Part shown: piece by piece, positions 47,001-59,431 of the stretch
How the letters are laid out: each line of letters begins with the position of its first letter
Numbering within the stretch: position 1 is the stretch's first letter
NCBI GenBank assembly: GCA_900088475.1
Contig: FLMG01002562.1
Coordinates: 1 to 64,000 of the forward strand
Length of the DNA stretch: 64,000 nt
Origin: Hyphochytrium catenoides
Taxonomy: Eukaryota > Protista > Hyphochytriomycota
Reading direction: 5' to 3'
Notes under the pieces: model-generated
Database searches by the model: none
What the model was told of the DNA's origin: nothing
The model's input: only the letters and a program-made list of their open reading frames with translations
Program-made: the position numbers and the translations under genes

Positions 47001-47151
47001 CCCCCTACTCTTTATGTTCTATCAGAGCACTGAGGATATCAAGAGTCTCGCGGCGGATGCTGCAAGCTTCTTCCCTACAGAGTTCACAGCCATAAAGCCG
47101 CAAGCGATGCGAAGCAAGTTTGTCCAGAAAAAGCAACAGCTCTTGACTTGA
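44074..47151 (+). CDS. Leucine-rich repeat protein with three C-terminal helical repeats (9 exons)
   Basis: Spliced LRRs: LYLSMRGLEEIPSAIFELKNL|RILDLGFNDIKSIPSSIKELKQLEQLWLNDNPLQELPTQLAECRALLFLDLRNTDIKTLPAELGR|LK. All junctions are GT-AG and phase-compatible; stop TGA ends at 47151. Confidence 0.85.
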
Positions 47152-47322
47152 GTACGTTATCAATCAACAGCGCTTTAGGCTGACCTGAGCGGAGCTTATA
47201 TACATATATATATGTACACATCTGCCGAGGCAAATGATCACCTATCTTTGCTATCTTGATCTACCTCCGAGCCGTTCATATACCTTGGCGGCCCTCTAGA
47301 GTACATAGATAGTAGTGACTGC

Positions 47323-50300
47323 TTATGACCTATCGCCTGTTGAAAGTAGTTCGTGGATGCTGGTCGCCATAGCCGCTCGGAGACGAGACCTACCGCTGGA
47401 AAGTTCATCAGGCTCACATCGGATAAAAGTTTTCACAGAGGAATATATACATAAATGCTTTATTCACACTGCCAAGGCTCGCCGGCTATGACTTACCAAT
47501 CAATCTTATGTTTCACATCCTGCGCCGCATCTCCAGAGTCGAACAAAAGGCTGAGCTCCCATAACTGAGCAGCCCCAGGTCTTGAAATATCGGGGTTCAC
47601 CGATCTGCATGACCAGGAAGCAGAATTTTTTCAATTGACGGTGCAAGGTCTAGGAGCGTAAGCGCTTTCGACAGACAAAGTATATGAGCCCTTTCCGCCC
47701 CTCCTTCCCTACCTACCTTGCACCTTTCAGAGGCAGATAGGAGCGGATAGTGATGTGCAGCACTCTCCGATCACTTTTGTCCTCTACAACCTCAGCTTGT
47801 TGAAGCGGCGCAGAACACTGGAGCTGAAGAGAGGAAGGGGATGACCTCAGCCTCAAGCCAAGGAGGAAGAAAGTGTCGTCGTCGACGACCACCATTTCTC
47901 TGTCCCTTCGCCCAATGTAGCTTCCATTCTCGGCTACTATGCACCATTGACTTTTCCTTGACGTAAGAGGCACGCCATTCTCATTGAAGGCCTAGAGAAA
48001 AAGTGGATAAACACAGGGGCCTACACAGATTGTTCTGATTGTGCGCTAGATACCTGGGGCCCAAGATCGACCTCTAGCCGCTCAACCTCATTCAAGATCT
48101 TCTGCTCTAGAAGCTTTAGAATGAGGAAAGTTTGAATGGCTTTTCGTGCTTCCTCAACCTATGATGGACCAAGGTACGTTAAAAACTCTAGGCTTGGTAG
48201 ACCAATTGTACTGGGTAAGAAGAAGCAAGTCGATAGTCCTCACCATGCCTTGCGGGAAACAGTAGTCAAAGTCCACCTTCCCTCTATTATTTTGAAGCGC
48301 ATCAATGGTAAAAAGTTGCAGAGAGTTGGACGCAACCCTAGCACCAGCGCCGGTAGGAGAGGATGACGCGAGAAAAGACGCAGCAAAGGACTTTAGTATC
48401 AGGGAGCACCACTGTTAAAGGTTCAAGAGCAAAGCAGGAGACTATGAGAGATGCCGGAGACTGCACAAATGACAGGTAGAGACGAGTGCTCAATGGGGAA
48501 AGAAGTAGTCCCAACAGATGTCAATAAACCCATCGGCATCGTAAGAGCAACCGTAAGGAAAACGTACATGTCAAGATGGCAAGGGAAGGAAGACATTCGC
48601 AATGCTCTGAGCTCATCCTCAAAAAGGTTCATGATGAAGTCACGGTCTGATGACTGAAGAAGCTCCTTCACAGCTCTACCGGCTTCCAAACAAATCTGTA
48701 AGGGCAGAAGAATCATGCCGACAAATTATCGATAGAATGCCCTTCTTTTAACGAGATCAATCCGATCTGTGGTTGTACCTGACTAAGTGTGCTAGAATGT
48801 GAGGAAATGACTATCTCTCTAAAGCTGAACTTCGACATTGTCTCCAGGAAGAACGCCACCACTAGCTGTAGAAAGACCGAAGAGATGAAGAGGACAGAAC
48901 AGACGAAACGGTATGAGGGAAAGGCAGGACCAAAATAGAGCTGAACGATTTTGGACCTCAGCTAAAAGGAGGTGTAACGGAAACGGACCAATTGGAAGAA
49001 GCAAAGCAGAGGTTGAATATGTCATGGACAAGCCCTAGGCGCACTGAGCTTACTACTGTTCATTCAGAGTATTTAGCTGTCCCAGGTACTCACCCTAAGT
49101 GTGATTGTTCGCATTGTGCGAGCTTTACCCAGCAGATAGAGCTGAGAGCGCAGAACAGAGTCAACCAGCTCATCCTGGATGAATTGTATGCTTTAAGTTG
49201 GCATGGCGAAGGCCAGCAATGCAATCACCGCAGCTGCAGCCCATACCTTTATCGGGCTCTCCCCATGTCCACCGATACTACGGAAGATCATATCAGGAGA
49301 CACAGCCTGACTACGACAGACCGCTGCCCCAACGAGCTAGAGAGAGGACAGCACATCAAGGATTAGAGCCATGTAATCAAACTTTTCGTCCAGCTTCTTT
49401 TTACTCGCTGTCTTTTTTCCTCTCTCTCTATGTGTTCTGTCTCCCATTCGTCCAGCTTCTTTTGACTCGCTGTCCTTCCTTTTTCTCTCTCCCTCTCTAT
49501 GTGTTCTGTCTCCCCTTCAGTAGGAAAGTAGGACAACAATCGTACCACAAACATCGGTCGCAGCTCCTCAGGCACATGGACAAAATGCTCACTCATCTCT
49601 AAAAAGAAAGAGGGAGTGGCTGCTTGATCCTGCATGCATACCTCTGATCATCAAGAGCAATGATGGGAAACGTGAGCAATTATAGTGATGGCTGAGCGGG
49701 GGAATGATCATTGTGGAGGGGTGCACATTGTACCTGAGATAATTGAGAGGCAGCTCTCCAAGACTGATGCATCGCCCACGATCATAAAGAGATGAGATAG
49801 GAGGAAGAGAGAAACTCTCCACTTTGCCAGGCTGCGTTTCATATCTGGATGCTCTGCAAGCTGGGGATGGAAGAATAGAGGACTGCATCAGTTTGAGAAC
49901 GGGGGTTTGACAGTGAGAAGGTAGGAGAGCTGCAACAACCTAACGCACAGTAAACAAGCTTGAGATGAATGACGGGGAAGCAGCAATCGGTTCTCATCTT
50001 TCTCTATATGATCATCTGCGGTGCACACCCTACATACTGGAAGTCCTGCTTTTAGAACTGGCAGTATGAACTGGTCTATCAGGGTTTCTTTAATTTGTTG
50101 GCGGATGGAACAATTTAGATCCTCGACTCGCTGGGCCATCACGTCTGAGAAAAAGTAGAAGTCATCAACTATTTCATGGACCAAATTCTCCATCGCCGAG
50201 TGCTGCTTTACGCTGGGATTGGACCAATATGCAAGGTTAGAGAAGAGGCGGAAGCATTCAAGCCGTATAAGTATAGCAAGAGAGTCTCTGTTAGAGCAAA

Positions 50301-52255
50301 TCGAGGGAGAAAAGGAGGCCAGGCAGCATAGACGTCTAACAATTCAGCTAAGTGATCGGCTCTGACGTAAGAGACTATAAGAAGAAGGGGCAAGCAAAAG
50401 GNNNNNNNNNNNNNNNNNNNNNNNNNNNNNNNNNNNNNNNNGCTGAGAGCTTGCTCAAAGTCTCAGCTTCCTGCAATAGAGCTATAGCACTAGCCCGAAA
50501 GGGTTGCACGTCCTGTGCCCGCGCAATAAAGGTACGTACAGACGCATCATCCACTGCATTGCGGTAAGATACGTTAGAACTGCACTAACAGCCTCTTCTT
50601 CGCCCAACTTTTTCTTTCCTGCTTATGTCATCATCGCTCAAACCGAGTCCTGAACAACATGTAAGCCTTTCCGACCGTGAAAGTCTTTCTTTTCTACTTC
50701 TTCACTCACTCTGCATGAGTGAGTCGGTATTGTTTGGCAGCAGCTCCCATCTTCCTTTTGAAATTTACCTTTCAGAACATTCAGAACTAAGCTTCGCGCT
50801 GCTGTTCTTACCATACTGTCGGGATGGTCCAAGAAGAGAAGGGCTCGGCTGTACAGAGGAAAAGCACCCGACGCCTGTCATGCCAAAGAGTGCATTTGAG
50901 TATTTAGCACACAAGAGAATAGCTTTCGCATTTAACATAGAATGTACCAGCAGTACAGAGAAGCATGCAATGGATGCACAGACGCATACAAAGGCGAACC
51001 GGATGAGATGACGAAGTTGCTGGCAGATTGAGAAGACCCATCGCAAGGAACCTATTCGTAACAAACCAAAAGAGGGCTAACTTACCTCATTGAAGAAGAA
51101 TTGCACAGTGTCTTTGTTAAGACGCAGGCTAAGCGCCTTTAAAAAGTTGATGTACCAGTCACGCAGCTCCTCCTCCTTCGAGAAGTCGAAGTGGAAGTCA
51201 ATGAGCTGGTTGATGTGATTGTTGGAAAGAAGATAGTCTGAGGTACATTGTGTCGTCAGAGAGAGTGAGAGCCAAAGGACGGGAGTCAGAAAGAGAGAAA
51301 GGATGCAGTAGAGAGCATGAGAAGAGTGAGAAAGAAGAGAGTATAGTGGTGGCGTGAGGATGGTGAGGAGAGAAGGAGGGAGCAGTGTGAGCGGGAATGA
51401 GAAGGCAGCGGAGGTGAAAGTAGGAAACGAGAAGTGAGAAGGCCTGCGAGGAAAGAGAGTGAAAAGGACCAGGTGCGACTGGGCAAGCGAGGTCACTAGA
51501 GAACAGAACACTAAAAACAACAGAGAAAGCAGCCAGGACAGCTGTTATCACTCTTTAGGGGCGGGGGAAGTCACCCGATGAACTTACAGAGCGTCGTAGG
51601 CGTCTCAATGTTCTGGATAAATATGCTAAGCGTCTGGATAATTTGGATTCGAACGGAGCTGGGCCCGCGCCGCATCTTATCCATCAGCATGGCGAGCATG
51701 TTCCTCTCACAAAAGTAGCTAAGCGATAAAGGACGCCATAGAGAATGAGTACAGCCAATCCGCCAACAGGGACGACAAAGTGGTTTGCTATGGGCATGGA
51801 TAGAAGACATGGATAGAGGATAAAAAAGCAGAATAAAAAGAAGAGAGAGGAGAGGAGGATGGTCCGGAGACAGCTAAGGCACGTTGACGCAGCTGAAGAG
51901 TAAGCATCAGGGCATGGTATTTGGTCCAGGAGCCTGAGGGGGCTGGACTACTTACTCAAAGATCATCTCATCGTTGTTTTGATCTCCATAAAGAAGTATC
52001 TCGCCCAGCAAGCGGATGCTCTCGATTACAGCGGTAGGAGAAGCGGCAGCATTCTGGCGGACCAGGGACTCCTCCAGCTCCCTATATCGCAATTGTGAAA
52101 GGTAAGTTCCCAGCGCCTAAAATTCATAAGAGCGCGCATTTTTGGACCTACCTCAGGCTATCAACGCTATGCCGAGAGCGAGGCTGTCCACCTCTATGGG
52201 AGGGAGAGGACTGATGATGATGCCCTGAGCCACCGCCACCGAGCCAGTGGAACAT
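47323..52255 (-). CDS. CLEC16A: CLEC16A / TT9-GFS9 / GOP-1 family FPL-domain protein (endolysosomal trafficking)
   Basis: Spliced motifs: [25 protein letters not shown]|YFCERNML...[95 protein letters not shown]. The gene spans the N-gap at 50402-50441, and its middle exons were not fully traced. Confidence 0.9.
49385..49515. repeat. Two tandem ~62-69 bp imperfect copies in a CLEC16A intron
   Basis: ttcgtccagcttctttt(t/g)actcgctgtc...ctctctatgtgttctgtctccc at 49385 and 49447. Confidence 0.85.
50402..50441. other. Assembly gap (40 N)
   Basis: Run of N. Confidence 1.
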
Positions 52256-52942
52256 CCTCCTCCGCCGGCCTTGTTGGCCGTTCTTCCCCTTCCGCCACGG
52301 CGTGGTGTCTTCGGGTCTTAGGGCCCGCTTCTCCAATGCCTAATTAGCAATCTGCAAAACAGAAGAAATGCGGTTCCTCGCGGATTCAGGTTGTTTATCT
52401 ATCTTTCTCTCTTGAGCTTCGCCTCTCTTGCTCCGCATCGGACCCTTAGCTCTGCAGACTGAGCAATGGAACTCCAACTTGGCCGTGTCTTTGGTGAGTA
52501 AAACGAAGAGTACAGAAACCCAATAAACCTTGCCTTTCGTAATTTTAAAGTCGGCCAGGGACTGACCAATGTAGAGAAATTCAACTAAATATGACTTAAG
52601 GTGAAGGAAGCTGTGTAAGTTTTCTTGAGCTCTTTTTCGGGTGTAATTGGGGCTTCCTTCTTATATCCGGGTATCATGGTAAGATCGGTTATTACTTGCG
52701 GTTACCGGATGGTGGAGGTCTGGCGGAGAGATTTAGTGAAGACTTATTACCCGTAGGCAGGCCGAGCTTCATCTGAGGATGCAGACGGTGCCCAAGTGGA
52801 GATTGCTGGGTCTTGGCTAAGCAGCCGATGTACCCTTCAGCTGCGTATCAAATACTTGGCCTCTATCTGGCGTGAAGTGGTGTCCACTATCTAGGGCCAG
52901 CTTAATTTAAACCAGTGCGCTTGCACGGCCTACCTTCCTGCA
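52256..52942. promoter_or_regulatory. Probable bidirectional promoter / 5' UTR region between head-to-head CLEC16A and ATP11
   Basis: Inferred only from divergent start codons ~690 bp apart; no specific element identified. Confidence 0.45.
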
Positions 52943-54218
52943 ATGTCATCTAGGCGAGTATTGAGTGGCCTGAGGGCCCAAACTGCCCTCACGTCACGGT
53001 ATAGGTCAGCGCTAGCTCCAGGGCTCAACATATGCAGACGCAGGCCAAGGCTGTTCCTCCAGCAGGCAGTTTCAGAGAGTTCTATGAGTCGAACTGCAGC
53101 GCCGCCTGGGGTAAAGAATCCGCATGTCCCTATTATTCGGCCACTTAAGGACATCGTTAAGCTCTCGCTTTTAGAAAAGGAGCCGATGTTTAACGTAAGT
53201 ACCGCCCCGGACTCTGTTGCAGGTGCCTTGGGATGCCTCTACTGAAATCAGTGTATTTATTAGGTGATAGAGATCTGGGAAGAGCACCACAAGACGAAAA
53301 AGAGCGCAAGCGGCTTAGTTATGACCAGAGAAGAGTTTAGCGCACTGCGCCCTCGGACGCAGCAGTGGTGAGATAATCACTCGACTGGAAGCCCTTCTTA
53401 TGGCTAAAGCACTGGTTTCTACTACTTCCAAACCCTTGTTTCTCTCACCGCTAGCTCCGCTCGGTCCCCTGTTTGCTACTTATACTGCTAGATTTTCCGC
53501 GGACCCAGGTCTACTGTCTGCATGTCTGAAGTCTCTCCTTCTGTCGCACTCCTGTCCTTGTCTTTAGAATGAGCCCAAACATCTCTTAGAAGCGAGTACC
53601 CCTAATTGTGCTGCTGTCTTTTCCTTTTCGTGCTGTCAAGCCCCTTCTTTATCATTCCAGTACGCAGAGAAGGCGGCTTCTTCAACCTTCTTAGCCAGTT
53701 CCTGGACGGACGCTGCTTGCTAACCTTCCTGGAAGACTATAAGACCAAAGGTCCCTGGGCATCTGAGCCCTATCTCACCGTCAGCTTCTATCAGGAACTC
53801 GCGGAGACGAAGGGCCTCGTCCTGGTTCGAGGAGACTTCTCGCCTCTTTTGAGGAAAGAGGTAAAGAAGTCCTCTGGTTTCCTATTTCTGCCACTATTTG
53901 CTATGCCTCGCTGCTTCTGGCGTTTGCTTTGACCGCAAGGGTTGAGTAGCAATTTTACCTGGCTTCTTCCGGCCGACCTTTTTGTCCCTGAAGTTGCCGC
54001 GACATCCCGATCTTGCTACTTTGTCTCCTTGTTGGCCACATCCTTTCTCTCTTCCATCCTTGGCTCTAATGCAATGGCTGTGTCTCCAGGAGGCAGACAA
54101 GGTCTTATCAATCCTTAAGAATTACTACGTCATTCCAGAGCTGTATGAGACGGTCTACACCTTTAACAAGAATCCAAGGGAGTTCAACTTCAACGACTAC
54201 ATGCGCAAAGTATCATAA
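52943..54218 (+). CDS. ATP11: Mitochondrial F1-ATPase assembly factor ATP11 (ATPAF1), 4 exons
   Basis: Arg/Ser-rich presequence, then LKDIVKLSLLEKEPMFN|VIEIWEEHHK...C|PFFIIPVRREGGFFNLLSQF...LLTFLEDYK...PYLTVSFYQELAETKGLVLVRGD...|...YY...VYTFNKNPREFNFND. Confidence 0.9.
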
Positions 54219-54834
54219 TGGCCAAAGAACGTACTTCTTTCACTCTTACGGGCCCGCTAGGAATCAGAGTCATCTTTCTAACACAGGCATTAATGAGAGC
54301 CGTGTCAAGTTGTGGCAGTGACGTCTTCCGTTCTTCTTGCCATAGGCCAGTGGCTTATGCAAGACTTCGTTAGGGTATCTGGTCCTCTCTTCTTTAGGAG
54401 AGTTGGGTCTTGATTTTAAATTTTCCCCATGTCTTCTGCGGTGCACCGTCGGTTGGGTTACCACTTGACTCTGTAGTGGGAGGGCGGTGCTCCAGTAGGT
54501 GCAAGAGCCCGAGGAATCAGCAGCATATGGGAGGATACGGTCTCTGAGTAGTGTGCCACTGCGACGTTGTAGTGGCTACCCAAGAACGAAACCACACCAA
54601 AGGATCGTCTCCGCCTTTTCTTTATAAAAAGCTCTTCCCTTTCTCCCCGTATCTATGGTCCTCGTGGAGCAGTACCATTTCAGATAGAATAGTTGATTGA
54701 GGAGAAGATAATAGAGGGTCAGTCTCGCGGTACAGCTGTCCCATAGCAGTGGATTCGGAGCTTTACATTAACAATACTTAGAAAGGTATGCGTCAAGCGC
54801 TGCCAATGCAATAAATTTCGATACCTACACCCTC

Positions 54835-57256
54835 CTACTTGACTGCGTCGTCCATGAGGGACAGAAGATCTTTCTCGTCCTTGTCTTCCGCACCTTTGTC
54901 TGTCCAGAAGTGTTGAGTTAGACGAGGTCGAGCAGGTGTGACCTATTAGGGTCCCAGTCGCGTTAAGGAACATGGACACCAGCACATTTGCAGATAAGGC
55001 CATTGCCATGCTGAAAAGTGCTACGGGATTCTAGCAAACTTTGAGAAGAGAGAGACCCTGGAAGATGGACAAGGACCAATAGTTTACTTCAGAAGTCAAA
55101 CCAACGATCGTACCGTCCTTTTTGTCGTCCAGTTCGAGGTCTTTCATGAGCTTTGCCACTGTCTTATGGTCATTTTTGCCGTCGATCACGATGACATCAG
55201 TAGTTGGGGAATACTCAGCGTCATTGTCACTATACGTCCATCCCGGTCGGGCCACAATTTAGGAGGAGGAAGCAAGATAGCAGCGAGTAAGCGCAGGATA
55301 CGCCATTCAAATATGGGCACATATTACAGAGATGCAGCAGTACAATAGCACTTACGGGACTTAGCCAGGAATGCCCATAAAGAAGACCAGACAGGAGGCA
55401 AAAAGGGTAGGGAGCTGCTCTTACAAGTCAAACGGGTCCGCTGCAAAAAGGTTGATCTTCATTTGTCCTTTCTCATCTGCGTCACGATGAAGAGGTCCCA
55501 AAAGATCTGCCAGAAGGTTAAGTTCCGCCTTCATGGATGTTGTGCCGCTCTCCTCTCCTCCCTTGTATCCTTTCTTCTCTGCCTACATCATGACGCTGCC
55601 TTAGAATGGAGGAGGTAACGTCAAGAACTGTGTTCAGATCGCTTCTCCCTGTCCATAGCAGGTCCAACTCTCGCTTGCTCTTCTCTCGTTTAGTTCAGTG
55701 GTGTCTCTTTGCTTATTCTCTTTCGGACTGATGACGCACCTTATCATCTATACCCTTCTTAGCATCTTTGCTGCTCGTAGCAGACTTGCTTTCTGCCGTT
55801 GAGGAAGATGGTGTGGGCTGATTATAGAGGTTGGCACCGGCTGTGAATGGAGCGTCCGGGTCATACTTAGAAAAAAGCTTGGCACTCTCGATTTTGAAGC
55901 TCTTCTCCTTGATCTCCTTGCCTGCTGGATCGAAATACCTACCATTTGTATGTTGGCGCGGGAGATTGAGATTGAGATGAAGAAAGAGGCATTGGAGAGG
56001 ATATTGAAAAAAATAGTATCAATGGACTAGCTCTCACAGCGCTGATGACGGGGAGGTATTCTCTAGATCATACGAGCGAAGATGAGGAGGTGCTGCATCA
56101 CCTGATGGTTCCGGGGACCACGCAGTTCTTGCCAACTGGTCCAGAATTCTTAAGCACGAGTGTACCGTCATTGTGTTGAGCCCCGCTCTGCAGGGGGCAG
56201 GGATAGTTAGATGGTACAGCTAACAAAGGGTAACATAACAGCTAAGGCAGGCCACCGCCTTCCGGTTTGACAATGAGAGAGTGGCAAGGTATACATCTCG
56301 GAGCGAATGGCTCCAAGACTGACTCAGCTTGAGAAGAGAGGGGAATAAAGGCAAAAGAGAGATGTCACGGTTATCGTCTCACCTGGAGAAAGAGAGAGAC
56401 TTTGATCTTCTTCGCTTGGAAGAAGCTCGCCAGTGCACCATCAAGCAGCTGCATGTCTCCCTCTGAGAGGTCTTCATAAAATGAAAGAATCTGTTCTGAG
56501 GCTTTAGAGAGCAAGTCTTTGCAGNNNNNNNNNNNNNNNNNNNNNNNNNNNNNNNNNNNNNNNNNNNNNNNNNNNNNNNNNNNNNNNNNNNNNNNNNNNN
56601 NNNNNNNNNNNNNNNNCAGCTGCAGAAGTGAAAATGGCGTGAGAAGAGAACTAGAGAAGGAAGCACAACCCGAATGGGGCTAAAATCAGTGCTCTGACAG
56701 GAGAAAGAGCAACCGCGAGCTCGTCATAAGAGGAGGAGTGTCCTGGCTTAAGGAGACAGTGGAGGAGAAAAGGAGCCAATCATTTGGTGCAGAGAGAGTA
56801 GAAACAAGAAGAACGAAAGTAGAAAATGCAGCTGAACCTTGTCCATACTGCTTTGGTTGAGGCGCATGATGGAGGAATGCGCGAGGCGGTCAAAGATCTG
56901 CTTCGTTGAGCTATTAGAGTACAGCTCTTGGGGCCGCAGCAGCTCAGCAATAAACTTCTTGGCAAACATCGCTTTGAGAATATCGGCAAGCACTAGGGAA
57001 CAACAACAGGTACGAAGATAAAGATGGAGTGAGGTTAAGATGAAGGTGCGGTACAGGACAGAGCAGCATCATGACACTCAGGTAGAGCTACAGCCGAGAC
57101 CGATATAGACTTCAAGCAGACAGCCTTCAAACCCGTACCCTTAGAGCTCTTCTCCAGCGGAATTTTCTGCGCTTCGAGCCTTTGCTGAAGGATATAAATC
57201 ATTTCTCCGCCCATGTTGAGGACGATCAACGGCATTGCCGACAGTGACCCGGCCAT
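54835..57256 (-). CDS. OSCP1: OSCP1 (organic solute carrier partner 1) homolog, multi-exon
   Basis: MPLIVLNMGGEMIYILQQRLEAQKIPLEKSSK|VLADILKAMF...ELLRPQELYS...IFDRLAHSSIMRLNQSSMDK, ...KIKVSLFLQ, AELNLLADLLG, and C-terminal DLLSLMDDAVK*. One or more exons fall in the N-gap at 56525-56616. Confidence 0.92.
56525..56616. other. Assembly gap (92 N)
   Basis: Run of N. Confidence 1.
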
Positions 57257-57818
57257 TGCTCCAAATTTGGCTATCGCTCAGTCGAGCACTCCCGAATGAA
57301 AAGCCCACACAGTAATAACCAACTTCTGTCTCTCAGTTGCGCTCCGTGCGACCTGACTATCCCTGGGCTTGACAAGCAGATGGCTATTTCAGACGAGCTT
57401 CAGCTGCAGACGACGGAGATGAAGGTTCATCGCCTAGTGACGCTTCATCTTTCTCTGTCCTCTCAGCCACAGTCTCATCGTGTCTCTCACACTGGAGAAA
57501 AGGCCCCGATCTTTCGCTGCCATGCCGCTTCGCATCACAGATAACCCGGTTAACTAAAGTTGGGGTGGTCGGGCAAAATGACATCATTATTTGGCCCTTC
57601 GTAGAGTGGGTCTACCCATAAAGAAATCTGGGTCGATTCCCAAACTCTCTCAGCATCTTCACAGATTTTTTCTTGTCAGCCCCAAGATCTCTCAAGAAAC
57701 TCTTTGTTGGTTAGCCGTCTGCAGATTGAGCTTCTTGCGATGCAATAGTGAGGTCATAAGCCTCTCCGCCTGTGAACGTAGAAGAGTAGAGGTCTAGCAG
57801 AGCTGTTAGGAAGTGAAG
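57257..57818. promoter_or_regulatory. Probable bidirectional promoter / 5' UTR region between OSCP1 and the SDR gene
   Basis: Inferred from divergent ATGs ~560 bp apart. Confidence 0.45.
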
Positions 57819-58962
57819 ATGGCTATGCGTGGCGCTTTTTGGGTGGTCCTGCTCGCTGTGGGTGTCTATGCAGCGCAATATTTGAGCGTAAAGGAGTTCC
57901 CAGTGCATAAAAAGGGGGCGGTTCTGATTACAGGCTGCAGCTCAGGCATTGGCCGAGACGCAGCCTTCGCTATTGCTAAAGAGGGGTGAGTAGAGCCGTT
58001 CTCTGTTTCGTCTACCCTGTCTCTCTGTTACTTGTGGCGTTCTCTTATAAAACAGTGTTGGACCCATTCTTATCGAGTAGAGGTGGACAGACTTCAGCAC
58101 TACCGCTCCTCCTTCTTCGTCGCACAACGTGGTGGCCCATGATCCTCCTGGGCTGACTGTCCTCTCCAGATATTCCGTCTTTGCTGGCGTTCGGTCAGAC
58201 TCCCAGGCTACCGAGCTGAAAGAGGAAGCCACAGCATCCAAGATAGACCTAAGGCCCCTCATTCTGGATGTCACCAAGCACGATCAGGTCCTAAACTCCG
58301 TCAAAAGCGTTGAAGACTTCCTCTCCAAGAGCGGCCTGCCCTTGGTGGCAGTGATCAATAATGCAGGGATTAATGTCAAGATAGGGCTGCCGGTGGAGTA
58401 CTCAGACGTCGACGAAGCCCGTCATCTCTACGAAGTCAATTACTTCGGCGCTCTCGATGTGACCAAGCAGTTCATCCCTCTTCTCCGACAGCACAAGGGC
58501 CGCATAGTGAACGTCGGCTCTATTGCTGGGATGATCAGTAGGCCGTACGCCGCCATTTACTCGAGCTCAAAGTACGCTTTGAAAGCGCTAACTATCTCGC
58601 TTAGGAGAGAGCTGAGGCAGTTTGACGTGGCTGTGTCTCTCCTATCTCCGGGATATATTGAGTCGCGGATGCTGCCCAAGAAAGTAGACGGCAACAGAAG
58701 ACTGAAGGAGCATCTTTCTCCTTCTCAGTACAAGCTGTACCAGAAGTACTTTGACGCTTATCATGAGAAGCAGCTCGCCCCAGCCAAATTCATCGGCCCC
58801 ACAAGCTTGACATCTGAGGCCATCCTGGACGCCATCAGAAGCCCACGTCCACGTCCGAACTATGTAGTCGGACCAGTTCATCCATTGATACCTACAGCTC
58901 TAGTGGACTGGCTGTTTTGGATCCTGCCTGAGTCTCTTCAGGATCTCCTCTTAGTCGACTAG
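57819..58962 (+). CDS. Membrane-anchored classical short-chain dehydrogenase/reductase (retinol / 17-beta-HSD-like), 2 exons
   Basis: Exon 1 57819-57985 (MAMRGAFWVVLLAVGVYAA...AVLITGCSSGIGRDAA), intron 57986-58169, exon 2 with INNAG, GRIVNVGS and the catalytic YSSSK. Confidence 0.92.
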
Positions 58963-59431
58963 CCTGACGTTACCGGAGGGACATGAAGGAAAGGATGACC
59001 CGATAGACCTTGAGACGGTTCTGCTAAGCCAACCAGGACGCTTAATCTTCCTTTTTGGTCAAGACCTTGCTCAATAAATCACCGGACCCTGTCCTCTCTG
59101 TATGTTCTTCTCTCTCATACTGACAGCAGCTCATGGCGCATCTGTCTTCAGATGGGTCATAGGCCCCACGCCAGCTGTCTGGCTGTCTTTCCCTACAATT
59201 CCTGTCACCCTTAGTGCTGCTACCTTCTCTCCACCTCCACCACCTGAGCCGCCCATGGTCGCTATGGTTCCTTACTACCACTCTGCGCGACCCCTCAGTC
59301 TATCTATCTATTCAGCGATAGTAGGGACCAAAGGATAAAGACGAACACTGGTTGCTTATGGACAATTACCTACATACCGCCTACTACTCAATGTCTCCGT
59401 CCTTCGCTGTTCTAATAGCCTCCTCCACCCG

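Noticed and set aside
1611-57555. CGGTTA (Myb-like) hexamer upstream of several genes (1611, 9259, 52687, 52699, 57547)
   Set aside because: A 6-mer is expected about 30 times by chance on both strands of 64 kb; enrichment cannot be shown without a count.
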